Source of the DNA: Chrysomallon squamiferum
Taxonomy: Eukaryota; Animalia; Mollusca
NCBI GenBank assembly: GCA_012295275.1
Contig: CM022671.1
Coordinates: 14,322,001 to 14,386,000 of the forward strand
Length of the DNA stretch: 64,000 nucleotides
Direction of reading: 5' to 3'
The notes under the pieces are model-generated. The model had not been told where the DNA came from. It searched no databases and saw only the letters and a list, made by a program, of their open reading frames with translations. A program made the position numbers and the translations under genes. Numbering within the stretch: the stretch's first letter is position 1; every line of letters starts with the position of its first letter. Below, piece after piece: positions 1 through 12,676 of this stretch.

Positions 1-346
1 TTACTTAATCTATCACATTTGTTTTCAAGCCATCAAATAATTAAATGTCATTAAAATTTAATATATTAATACCATGAAGTAGTCCGTATAAACTTTAATT
101 AAAACAAACAAACAAGTAAATAATATAATATAGAATAATATAGTATAGATATGGATATGGATATACACAGGCATACAGAATTATAATTTTTGACATAACC
201 TAGTAATAATCTGGTTGTAGGAAAGCTTATTTATTAAACAGCATTTTATTTTCACTTTCGACAACACAAACCTCAGTTAATCTGTTATTCTGAAAATAAT
301 GTTATCAAAGTTCAATTGTAGTAAATAGTTTTCAACGTAGGACAAC

Positions 347-695
347 CACGTGATATTGTGTATCTTTTGATCCCCTCCCACTTGTTAATGTCAAACAGAT
401 CTCAATAGATTAAAACCTACTACATAGCAAAATGCAAGGCCATAGTAAATTGCATTGTTTAACGAAATATTCGTTCCCTCAACCGTCGAACCAATTAAAG
501 ATTTCATTGTTACTAAATTACGTCTATTCATGCCGAATTCAGCAAATACAATGCATGTGATATTCAGCATGGCGAAGAAATGACGTCAAAACGTAATAAT
601 CTGATTGGTCAATAGTTGACACTGTCAATCACGAACCACGTGCTAATGTCATTTTCCTTAGTGCTCTGTGTTTTGATCAAGCCGCCCGCCATCTT
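347..695 (+). promoter_or_regulatory. MNT proximal promoter (CpG-retaining) with E-boxes, CRE, CCAAT and YY1-like motif
   Basis: CACGTG at 347-352 and 637-642, TGACGTCA at 581-588, ATTGG at 604-608, CCGCCATCTT at ~686-695, all just upstream of the ATG at 800. Confidence 0.6.
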
Positions 696-799
696 CTCTA
701 AGATCCGTTGTTGGAGTTTATTGTCCACATGCACTGAACTTCAGTCTTTAATGTATACTAGTACTTGAATAAAAGTACAGAACTTGACGCTGGGTAGTG

Positions 800-2505
800 A
801 TGAGTCTTGAGACGTTGCTAGAAGCTGCCCAGTACATCGAAGCAACGAAGTGGCGTTCCCCACCCAAAACACGTGGTAAGTTGTTATGCACATGTTTTAG
901 ATGACATTTGGTCCTCCATTTGATTGAAATCTCAGTTTTATCTTCTGTTTGAAATACATATATTACATTTTTCACAAACAAATTGAAAGCGTCATAAGAA
1001 GACATGCATATTATCACCTTTGAAAATCGATGTTTCTAAGCTAAGATTTTGCTGGTCACTGACAGTGACACGTTAAAAACTTAACGAATATTAAATCTTT
1101 CTGCATTTTGTTTTAGGCGATAATACGTCTCGAGATTTTCATCGATATGCCAAATCAGCACCAGACGATTATAATGGGGACTCGTCTTTGGACAGTCCTG
1201 AAAGAGATGGCGACGACAGCAAAGAAAAGAGGCGAACAGGAGGGTAAGTAGTTGAAACGGGAGCTATTTTAATTGGAAGATGGCTGCTGACGCGTATAGA
1301 CATAAATCGGTTGCTTTATTTTCGCTACCTTACTTAATTCGTTATTTCGTTTTTTACATTATTATTTTTTTTATTAGTTTTACTTTTCAATTGTAGGGCT
1401 GGAACACGCGAAGTGCACAACAAATTGGAAAAAAATCGGTAGGTTGCGATATAGATATTTTTGGAGTTGAACAACAATTTACAGACGAGACATGCGGTGA
1501 GATAAAAATAGAATATGGCAGCTGCAGCGTGGCTTTTGAGTGGCGTGCTCAGTCAGTCTGTCACGTGCTACTGACACGGATGTAAATAAACAGAAACAAA
1601 TAATGACGTTCCACATTTCGTTTGACGCAGATTAATTTTCAAAATAATAGTTGTTAGAAGGAAATTCGTATTTTTTTTTTTTTTTTTTTGAAATAATAAC
1701 AACACTGTCAGAAAACGTATTACATATAGAATTGGAAAACTTTATTATTTATAACGCACACGCACACACACACACACACAAAGAAAAATGATTATTAAAT
1801 GAGATTTTGGTTTCATAGTGTTAGATGATGTTATCTGAGCAGCTACTAAACATGACTACACAGTTTTTATATACAAATTATAATAACATTTTAAAGAATT
1901 AGAATTTATAAATGTTTTAATTTAATTTTTAATTTTCTTTCAGGAGGGCTCATTTAAAAGAATGTTTTGATATTCTGAAGAAACAGATTCCATTTATGGA
2001 AGACAAGAAAACTTCAAATTTGAGTGTTCTTCGAGGTTCTCTCAAGTACATCCAGGTAAACATTATTACACTATTTAAAATTATCTCTCCATCAATCCTA
2101 GAAGGTTACAATAATCCATATCACTGACCGTTTGTTTATAATCTTCTATCTTTGTGTGTCAGTGTGTCTGTGGACTGATACATGTTTGTTTGATCTGGTG
2201 ACATTACACACACACGCACACACTCACACGCACACACACACATACACACACACACACATACACATGCTCACACATGCACAAAATGATGTACACACAAATT
2301 TCATTGTTTTCAAGTATTATGAATTTGTTTTTCACATTCAAATATATTCTGTTCTAACAAAAGTTTATATTTCTCAGTAGGTGACATTTGAGTAGTGATT
2401 TCATTTTACACATGATTGAATAAATCTATGTACAAATATTTAAATACTGTCTATAAAATTCACTTTAAAAACACTGAAGTTTTGTTGCAAACCTGGTGTC
2501 TCCAC

Positions 2506-2578
<73 letters not shown>

Positions 2579-3620
2579 CAAACAGGAAAAAACATGACCA
2601 TTTTTATGGTAATGCAGCAATAATTCATTTGACCTTTCCATCAGAACTGATTTCATTTATCTTGTTTTATTGAATTAAAAAGAAATTTTGAATTATATTT
2701 AATTATTCATGAAGAAGTTTGTTATTTTATTTTATTTTATTATTTGTTTGTTTGTTTTTATTTTATTTTATTATTTGTTTGTTTTATTTATTTATATTTT
2801 TTATCATATCAGATGTGACATTTTACTGAGATTGTAATAAACTACTTTTAAATGTACTAATGTTGAACACAGTTTTATATAATATGCATTCATTTACTGT
2901 CTAATAATAGTTAGTATAGATAAAACATTATGTTGCAAGTATATCATCATATACATTGTATATGTTTGCCAGCATTTTATTTCTGTCTATTGATCAGCTC
3001 TTGCTGTTAATTCATTACTTACAGCTACATGATCAATGTTCCAGACACTAATAGTCTAAAAGTGCTTTTATAAAGTTAGATATTTGAAATTCATTAATTT
3101 ATATTTAACATTTTTTAAAATTAATAATCTGATTTTACTGATGAAGATAGTATTAATAAATGTGCAGTAATTTTATATTTTATTTGATCATTTAATTTTC
3201 AAGCTGTGCATGGTGCTTTATATCAGGTTGTAATGAAAGTTCTGTCAGTTTTTAAAAAAAGTAAATATCTAGTTAATTCTAAGCAATTTTATGAACGTGA
3301 CATTAAAAAGCTCATTGTCAGATGGACAGAGGTCATAGAGTAAAAAATGGTGATTATATTATCAATTGAATAAATCAGATATCATGATTTTTATTTATTT
3401 TATTGAGCCTTAAAAAACAGAGAGCCTGATATATTGTTGAAATGTGGCCACTGTCAGTCTGGAAAAACAAATAATCTGCAAAGCATATGGAACCAAAGTC
3501 TCCAGAAGATAAATGGTTTACTTGTATTATTTAAGTCATAATATTTACTATTGCTTTTGTTTGTTGTGTTGTGTGATTTAGTCAGATTCAGCATATATAT
3601 ATATATATTCATATATAGAT

Positions 3621-3669
<49 letters not shown>

Positions 3670-6600
3670 TCTAAAATCTTGAGCTGATTTTTTGATTCTC
3701 TTAAAATGGAATACATGAATTTGAAATGAAAAACATATGCAGTTTTTTAATATTGTATATAAAGAAATAAAACAAATACCTTGAAATTATTTTAATCTTT
3801 TATGTTTGTGAATATTTTAAATGCTGGTTTTATAATAATTACATGATTAACTAAAAAAAAATACTTTGTAATATTCATTATCAGTAAACATAAATTTTGG
3901 GAAAATTACATATTTTAAATTACCTTTTTATTTAAAAGTGCAATGACATCGTTCTCTTTTCAAAATAGACGACTTTAAAAAACAACAACAACAAAACAAA
4001 ACGTTTGTTTGTTTGTCATTATAATGATAAATTATAATGTAAAATTATGTGGTGAAGTATAGCTTTATTTATCATATATTATTTTCTGTTTTGGTATTTT
4101 AAATATATTTTGCTATATTTAAAAGAATTAGCCATAATTAATATCGGCTGGTACACGTAACGTTCATCAGCGACACGCTTTCTATTTTTACACATTTTTC
4201 CAACAATACCAAGAAAGGGGCGTGGCTTAATTTATCAAAGGCGGTTCTATTTAATAAGAGGTCAAACTACTGAATATTAAGTAGCAAGAAACCGCGTAGA
4301 ATGATACATGGTTACTTTTGATTGGTTGCACCATAAACGGACTATCGCGTGTCAGTTCACAACATAACAAATCTAACATGAATGCTGCGTAAGAAAACGA
4401 GTTCACAGTTCATGTATTAATACATAGTTTTTATAATAGTGAAATGGTACTGTTTAACAAGTGAAAATTTAATTACTTGTTTTATTAACACGCTCAATAA
4501 CAATGAAAATAATTTTATTTTTATTTTTCATAATGTGTGAAGAAGAAATAAATAAGAAAACAAAAAACAAACGTGAAAAAAAAACCCACCCAAAACACAT
4601 CATATAAAACAAATTTAAATTACAATATGTTATTTGTAATTAAAACAAAGAGCCTAACTGTTCAATTTAGAATAAATAAATTGCATCTTAAAAATAAAAA
4701 TTTCATATTTTTTATTAAAATATGCAGTGGTACCTTGATTTACAAGTTTAATTCGTTCCATCACTAAGCTCATAACTCAATTTGCTCGTATATTAAATAC
4801 ATTTTTTCCAAATGAAATTAACTGAAAAAACATTAATCTGTTCCAGCCCCCCCAAAAAAAAATGCCCCAATTTTTTGTAACGTGTTTTTAAAATAAGAAA
4901 AATATTTATATAAATGACAAATATTGTATAAAAAAAAAAGTAAAAGAGAATGTAAAGAAATAAATTGGTTTTGTAAAGTGTACAGGGTTAGGTTTTCTCA
5001 ATCCTTTCATGGACAGAGGTCCGCAGCTTAGAAATTATTTTAACACCTTTGACTGGAGTTATAGTCTTTATCGTCTCCTGTTTCAGTATCGTACATTGTA
5101 AAAGTACTATGCTCGTACTGACTACACGCACCCCTTACTCATGTTTTTCATGCTTTAATTCAATGGACATCATCTGCTTGTTCTTCTCAGCACTGTCCTT
5201 TGCACTCACTTTCTTAGGATCTATGGAAATTTGGCAAAATACTGCATAAAACGCAGAGATGCTTCCATGGCAAGTTAACCACATGAAGCAAATGAGTGAG
5301 ATGCAGGATGCTGGGCTGATGTTGTGTTGTTCGTTGCGCCAACTAGTGGCGGCATTCTGAACCTTGTTCTTAACTCAGATTTTGGCTCGCAATTCAGAGC
5401 AAAAAATCACCCGAGCAACTGCTCATTACTTGAAAAACTCGTAAGTTGGAGCACTCGTAACTCGAGGTACCACTGTATTTGTCTATGAAGTATATATCTG
5501 AAAAGATGGCATGAGATGCAATCCACTAAATTAATTTTTAAAAATAAGAATTTTTAGTTTTGTTTACATCATATGTATTTAAATCCAAACCTTATAATTT
5601 CAGTTTCTTTATATCATTTTATTTGCTTAATTGTGATTGTAATTAGACATGTTGCATTAGATTTCCAATTGTTGTATTTAATGTTTTTAATTTTTAAATA
5701 TATATTTTTTAAATTTATTATTGGTTTAATTTAATGTTTTAGAATCTGAAGAGAAAGGAGAAGGAGTATGAACATGAACTGCAGCATCTAGCGCAGGAGA
5801 AGATTCGACTTCGAGACCAGATCAAACAACTGAAGGCAGAGCTGACCAAGATGAATCTTGACATTGACTTGAATCAGTGGATGGCCTCACAGATGAAGGA
5901 AGAACAGGACATCAAGTCTGATTCAACATCCACTGCTTCAGGTAGTTTGTTGGTTAAAAATAAAATCTTTGTATCAGCTTTGAAGATAATTTTAAATGAG
6001 TCATTTGCCAGTTTGAGATTATCTGGCTGTGAACATCAATAGATAGCCCATAATGAGACAGAGTATGAAAATTATTTGCAATTTGCAATTAAATTTTAAA
6101 AAAAAGATAAAATTAATACCCTTTCATTAACATGTAACCTTTTGATGCAGCTAATGAATCAATGGCATGGTGTGCAGTTTAATAGTTACTTGCTGATGGT
6201 AGTAAATGACTTATCTTATGAGTTTTGTTATGAAAAAACTTGTAAAATCCATTACGATAATGACCTCTATATGTTTGTTTTTATATATATTTTTTTGTTA
6301 CTTTAAATGTGTTGTAAGACGTTGTTGTGTATTTCAGAATGTGGCAGCGAGTATGAGCAGTTTTCTGATGACGAGTTGGGGACCACACCTAAAAGACTGA
6401 AGATAGAAGATGGTAAGTTATTTCAAAAATTAAACAAAAATGCATGATTACTTTTTTCTTATAAATATTTTATACTGAACATAATTCAGTAATGTGTCAG
6501 AACATTTTCAGACACATCCTAACATATGAAACTGCAGTACAGAATATACAGAGGTTAAAGTTTGAATAATTATAACTTTTTCTTTGCAGTGAATCATGTG

Positions 6601-8627
6601 AAAACGTTGTGCACTGTGCAGCAAGCGTCAGTACGTCCGTCAGTCATTCAGTCGGTACCACTGACAGGGAGGACTGCAGCAGAACCTCACCTCAAAACTG
6701 GAACACTGAGTTCTATTTTAAATTCAAGGACAATTCCTGGGCCTGTTTTTGCATACACAACAAACTTGCCGACAACTAATCCAGCTCAGCCTATGACTAC
6801 ATCCATAGTTCACAGTGCTCCAGGAATCACGACCTCAGCAGTCTTTGTTAGTAAAACAGCCACAAACACTTCAGGCAGTAAGACACTTTCCAGTTCCATT
6901 CCAGTGAAGCTGACAAGGGTTAAGAAAGAACCAGTGTCTCCATCGTCTGTTCTACAATCAACAGTGATCCAGTCTGCTCCTGTCAGACCTCTGCGACCTC
7001 CGGTGACCCAACTGCTTCAGCAGACACTAAAAAAACGTCAGAGTCTACAGCAGCAACAAGCTATCACACAAGGTGAATATTGTTACCGATCCAGGGGATG
7101 AAGGCCATATTTATATATATTTATTTATTACCCTTTCCCCAAACCTTAGAGTTTTTAACTCCAACCGTGGACTTGTTTGTTGGGGTATGGCTGACCCTGG
7201 TATTGGTAGGTGTGATTTGCCAGATTTTAATGTCTGGATTCAGTTCACACCGGATCTGCACTCAGGATCTTAAAATAACTGAGTAGAAATGTGTTGTCTT
7301 ATTAATGGACAACAGAAATTTCGCATCTGCTTTTGCAGGAATTTAAAAGGTGATTATAATTTTTATTAGCCTTTTTGTTTAAGTCTGTTTAGCACTTTTA
7401 GGTAAGTACTTTTTTTCTTTTAAAAAAAAGTATGATTTTCTTGCCGAAAAAAACCAGAAAACTTTCCTTTATTATATTTTGGATGATTTATATTTTGTTT
7501 ATACAGTCTAAATATGTACTGAGAAAATTAAAGTTTAAAGTGGAACTAAAATGTTTTAAAATGATTCTTCTAAGACATTTGTCTGTATATATTACTTCTT
7601 TGCATTATCACAGGTGAATCTCAGAAAATTAGGTTTGATTAAATATTTCTTTCATTCTACAGCTACCACAACTTCAAGGTCAGGAAGACAGCAGGCACAG
7701 ATTGCAGTAGGTGGTAGCCAGCTTCAAGTTTCCATGGGAACCAAACAGATCCACATGACAACAGCCACTGTGAGCATGCCTGTCCCTATGCAGCTGCCAT
7801 CATCTGAGCAGCCACTGAAATCATTCCTGCCTGTCCGTACACCAGTTCCTCTGATGCACCTTGGGGCTGAGATGGCTTTAGCTGGTTCCAGCCGTGTTGT
7901 CCATGGAGTGACCAGCAACAAACTGCCAGTGACTTCTGTGTCACAGAGCCTGACTCAGACAACACTCACCCAACCAATTTTTCTTACAACTGGAATTACC
8001 AATCATCTGCTGTCTGTGTCCTTACCAACAACTTCAACTGTGATGACAACGCCAGCATCCACAAGCAACTCATCAGTGGGCAGTTTGACAGCTTTAAAGA
8101 ACTGTTTGAATTCACCTGTGGTGTCAGCCATTGTGACTCCTGGTTCCTCAGCAGTGCAAGGACTACCCACAGTAAAACCACTGATAGGAACCCCAGCTAT
8201 TTTGTCTGGAGGTCAGATTACCCTGAATCCTCTGATAACAGCTTCATTGCAAAAAAAACCAAGTATTGGACATATATTGACCACACTCAACAATGTGCCA
8301 AACGCTTCTTTGGTAAACACGACTGCAGTCAGTATCCCTAATAGCATGGCACAGGTGACATTGCCACAGATGATGTCATTGGGGAGTGTGACTCCATTAA
8401 CTGTCATGTCACCTGCAGTGTTGTCGGGTCTGTCCCAGACACAGATAAATAATTTGTTCAGCTCACAGATCATAAAACAGCTGCCTCTTCTGCAGACGCA
8501 GATATTGCAGCCAGGACAAGTGCTCAGTAACTCAGTGGTTAAGCCAATGATGATGGTTTCTCTTCCAAGTGTCATCACCACATCTGCTGCTCCAGTTCAA
8601 GTATCTGTAGCTCTAACAAGTTCCTAG
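800..8627 (+). CDS. MNT: MAX-binding bHLH-ZIP transcriptional repressor MNT, 8 coding exons, 692 aa
   Basis: Exons 800-875, 1117-1243, 1397-1438, 1944-2055, 5743-5941, 6338-6412, 6590-7072, 7663-8627; all GT-AG and phase-consistent (2079 nt). N-terminal Sin3-interaction motif MSLETLLEAAQYIE; bHLH-ZIP GTREVHNKLEKNRRAHLKECFDILKKQIP..KKTSNLSVLRGSLKYIQNLKRKEKEYEHELQHLAQEK closely matches MNT; long S/T/V/P/Q-rich tail. Confidence 0.95.
2506..2576. repeat. Compound (TA)n(GA)n microsatellite
   Basis: Seen directly in MNT intron 4; source of the spurious ERERER/SLSLSL ORFs. Confidence 0.95.
3623..3667. repeat. (CA)n microsatellite
   Basis: Seen directly. Confidence 0.95.
4725..5475 (-). mobile_element. 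Internally deleted, decayed Tigger/pogo-like (Tc1/mariner) DNA transposon in MNT intron 4
   Basis: Terminal inverted repeats CAGTGGTACCTTG (4725) and CGAGGTACCACTG (ending 5475) followed by TA. Minus strand ~5224-4990 reads IDPKKVSAKDSAEKNKQMMSIELKHEKHE*GVRVV..CTILKQETIKTITPVKGVKIISKLRTSVHERIEK, resembling the N-terminal HTH region of Tigger transposases, with an in-frame stop and a lost start codon. Confidence 0.85.
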
Positions 8628-9487
8628 CAGTCATTTGTTATTTTTATTCCTGTTATAATTGCTCTAGCATCATAATGTGCATCACACACCCGAGAGAAGA
8701 GAAAAATTACTGGTTATTACATACTGTGTTATCTTTTAGGTGTTTGCTTTTCTCAAAGTAATTAACAACAATAACTCTATCATTCTAAAAAAAAATTCTT
8801 TACATTCTGCTGCATTTTTTTTTTTATATACTAGTATTGATACTAGTAACATAAAACATTAATATTTCTGTCTGAATGTGTATTTAAGTAAGAGTTGGAA
8901 AACATTTTTTTTTGCCAGTGAACTGTAGACAGGGTATAAAGTTTCTATTTCTTCTTTGATAAAACTTCTGAAAAATGTGAACACTTCTCAATGTGGAAGA
9001 TGATTTTGAGACATTTTGCTTTTTGTTTCATTGCTACCTTATCTTTTGTCAGCCTATTTGTCATTTAGCATTTATTTCTGTGATTGTTACATATTGATGA
9101 GAAAAAATTCATAAATGTTAAAATATATTGTACATTTAACATAAAATGCATGCATACATACATACTTAAACAAATATGTTACTGTTTACTATTATTTACA
9201 TTGTCTGTGATTTATATGAGCTAAGCTCTTGCAACCCATCCCCATTTAATCTGTCAATTTGTACTGAATATTTCTTGGGCCAAAAGCCTAATCAGATTTG
9301 GTGCATTAGGAAACAATTGTTATTGTTAATTATATTTATTCTGTTTTATTTTTGCACTGTGTACTGTAGGACAGTGGCTTAATTTTTATGACAACAATCA
9401 TCTGAGCTTTTGATTTGTTTTGATTTGATTTGTTGACTCTCAGTGTGCTTTGCAAATGGGAATTAAATTCTCACTAGTTATTTGGTG

Positions 9488-10257
9488 TATGAAGAATGTA
9501 TGTTTTTTATGTATATGAATAATGTGTGGTTATAATGTTCATGAAGAATGTTTGGGTTATTATGTATATGAAGAATGTGGTTATAATGTTTATGAAGAAT
9601 GTGTGGTTATAATGTTTATGAAGAATGTTTGGGTTATTATGTATATGAAGAATGTGTGGGTTATTATGTATATGAAGAATGTGGTTATAATGTTTATGAA
9701 GAATGTTTGGGTTATTATGTATATGAAGAATGTGTGGGTTATTATGTATATGAAGAATGTGTGGTTATAATGTTTATGAAGAATGTTTGGGTTATTATGT
9801 ATATGAAGAATGTGTGGGTTATTATGTATATGAAGAATGTGGTTATAATGTTTATGAAGAATGTTTGGGTTATTATGTATATGAAGAATGTTTGGGTTAT
9901 TAGGTATATGAAGAATGTGGTTATGTTTATGAAGAATGTTTGGGTTATTATGTATATGAAGAGTGTATGGTTATTATATATATGAAGAATGTGTGGGTTA
10001 TTATGTATATGAAGAGTGTATGGTTATTATATATATGAAGAATGTGGTTATAATGTTTATGAAGAATGTTTGGGTTATTATGTATATGAAGAATGTTTGG
10101 GTTAGGTATATGAAGAATGTGTGGTTATGTATATGAAGAATGTGTGGGTTATCATGTATGTGAAGAGTGTATGGTTATTATATATATGAAGAGTGTGTGG
10201 GTTATTGTATACGAATAATATATGGTTATTATGTATATATGTATATGGATTATGAAA
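9488..10257. repeat. Minisatellite of 24-27 bp units (core TATGAAGAATGT..GGTTAT) with higher-order structure
   Basis: About 30 tandem units such as TATGAAGAATGTTTGGGTTATTATGTA and TATGAAGAATGTGGTTATAATGTT, degenerating at both ends. Confidence 0.95.
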
Positions 10258-11964
10258 GGATTCGTGAAGTGGGTGTTATATTTTTTGCTGTTTAAATATT
10301 TAATGGGCATACCTCAGAGTAAAAAACCACACATGAATTTATTTTTACTTTAAGTCATTGGTTGCCTGTCAGTTGTGTGCATGTCTGTGTGTGTTTTGTG
10401 TGCTTTCCATCATGTTGTTAATCAGTGTGTCAAGCCTGAAGGTAATGCTAATCAGCTAGTTGGGTAAGAGACATTTTTGGGGTTAACAATGACTCATTTT
10501 AAAAAATTTAAAAATTATAAAAATATATCTTTAAACAATCTAATGTTACAGAAAAATTGAAAAACAAGTAAAATTATTTGTTAATATATTTTACTATCTT
10601 TTTTATTAAAAATGAAATGTGAGAATACAAATTTAGTTATATTTAAATATTTAAAATGTTTAATGATGTAATCGTTTTATATGGAAATAATTTATTTTAT
10701 ATTCATTTTAAATTACCATTTAACATTTAGAGGAAAATGTAAATTTAACAATGAAATTGGAAAATAGTTATAAAAACTGATGAAATTTAAATATATTTTT
10801 ATTACATTTTTGACTAAAGAAAGATGATATAAATATGTCAAATTCCTATACTGGAAGTTCATGTAATTTTTTTTTTTTTTTCTGGTTCAGTCTTCAAAAG
10901 GCAGCTTCCAGCTTTGCTTTATTTTCATTGTTATTAAATGTTAAACATAACAATCTGTTACTGTCATTCTTATTATTGGTCTTTTGTTTCTGTAGTCAAA
11001 AGAAATGATGTACTTAATCACAACATTGTTGTGATCATCAACGAAATTTTAAAATTGCCATATACATATATCATATAAGATGAGCACTGTCTGCATAAAG
11101 TATATTCATGCAATACTGGAAGTATAGTAAACTTCACTTCTGTATGAAAAAACAAGTATGTGATTATTGGTATTACATCATGTGTTAGCAGTGGCCATTG
11201 CAAAATGTGAAATAAATGCTCTAACTTACTTAGCTTGGTTTTATTGTTATTTATATGCACCTGTTGGTTTATTATTATTATTATTATTATTTTTTTTTTT
11301 ATTATTATTATTCCTGAGAAAAAATCCCATTGGATTACTACATCATAAAAACAAAAGAAAAATTTATAATATTAAATTATTGTTCATATATCTGTCTGTT
11401 AAAGAATAATTTAAAAATGTATATAAAAAGCATTTCTGCTGCAAGATTATCTTACATACTTCTGTTTTTAAATTATTAACAGATATTTGTATCATTAATA
11501 TTCTGTTTTCAGATGTGTATGTTTTTGTGTAGTTATTTCCAAATTCTGATGAAAAGAATAAAATGACATTTTTCAAGTGATACTTCATTTAGTGAAATAT
11601 GAATGATAATAAATTTTAAAATTATTAGAAAAATGAAAAACAAGATAATAAAGGATATTTTACTTGTCATCATCTGTAAAAGATATTGTACAGTAGAAAT
11701 GACACATGAAAACAGTTTAATAATAAATTTAATATATAATAAATACAAACATTAACAAAAATGTATTAAGATGTTACATAATACAAAAATGTTAACAAAT
11801 AATGGTTTTAAACTACAGACATATTGATGACCTACTTTAAACATAAAATTCAATTCATTTTCACCAATAATTCAATTTCATTGCAGTTTTCAAATTTAAA
11901 TTCAGAATTATTTATCTCAACTCCTAATTCATCAGTATATTATTATGTTAAAGATAAGTGAAAA

Positions 11965-12200
11965 GGCGGAGTGCTTAATGTAACAGAAATAAGCAGTGAG
12001 ATCAGTATTAGTCACCACAGCTGGGTGCATTACACTGGTTTATCAAACAATGAGGTATGTTGTCCCGTCTATAAGACAGTAAATAAAAAGATTCTTGATG
12101 TTAACTCCAATTGTTAGTACAAGGCTGGCATATCTTTATCAGAGTATCATCACAAGATCAAATAATGGACACCTAATAATAATTGCTTGTTATTCACTCA
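11965..12200 (+). mobile_element. Highly degenerate SINE-like relic
   Basis: ACTGGTTTATCAAAC..GGTATGTTGTCCCGTCTATAAGACAGTAAATAAAAAGATTCTTG resembles, from memory, the body of an abundant gastropod tRNA-derived SINE (..ACTGGTATATCAAAGGCCGTGGTATGTGCTATCCTGTCTGTGGGATGGTGCATATAAAAGATCCCTTG..). Confidence 0.4.
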
Positions 12201-12676
12201 AGAGTATATTTTTTTTAAAGTGAGCAGTGTGATGGCAAAGACAAGTGAAAACATTTTTAAATGTGCTGAGATGTTGTCAGTCATTTATCATGAGAATCAG
12301 AATTACAGCCTTCGTTATTAGTCAAAAATAAAAAATATCATTCACAGCAACTGTTACATTATATAAACAAATTATTCCAAATATTTTGTATTAGTAAGTC
12401 TATTGTTATTTTGTTCTGACTAATAACTTCAACTGTGAGTTTATATTCTAAACCAACAATTGGACACAACTAAATTTAAAATCCTGAACAGACGTCTTCA
12501 GCACAAAACCAGCAGGGGCAACAGAAACGTTTTTATAGAAATTTGCTGCTTTCAGTTAATTTTAACATAAAATTGCACCTTAATTTACTTTATATCTTTA
12601 TATATTTCATGCCAATTCACTCTGAAATACATAGTTTATAAAACATATCTCTCTCCACTGCCTTGCTGTGAACATG

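Noticed and set aside
2132-3666. HTHT, ERER, SLSL and CVCV ORFs (also at 57859-59136)
   Set aside because: Translations of dinucleotide microsatellites.
7724-8581. Antisense ORFs over MNT exon 8 (similarly 52514-53804 and 56910-57397)
   Set aside because: Shadow frames of GC-richer real exons with no independent coding features.
9522-9985. Cys/Tyr/Glu-rich repeat ORFs (EECLGYYVY) that look like a metal-binding peptide
   Set aside because: They arise from minisatellite periodicity; frames switch at 26-bp units, and there is no signal peptide, splice context or codon-position bias in unit variation.
9488-10257. CRISPR-like array
   Set aside because: No unique spacers and no cas genes; eukaryotic context.
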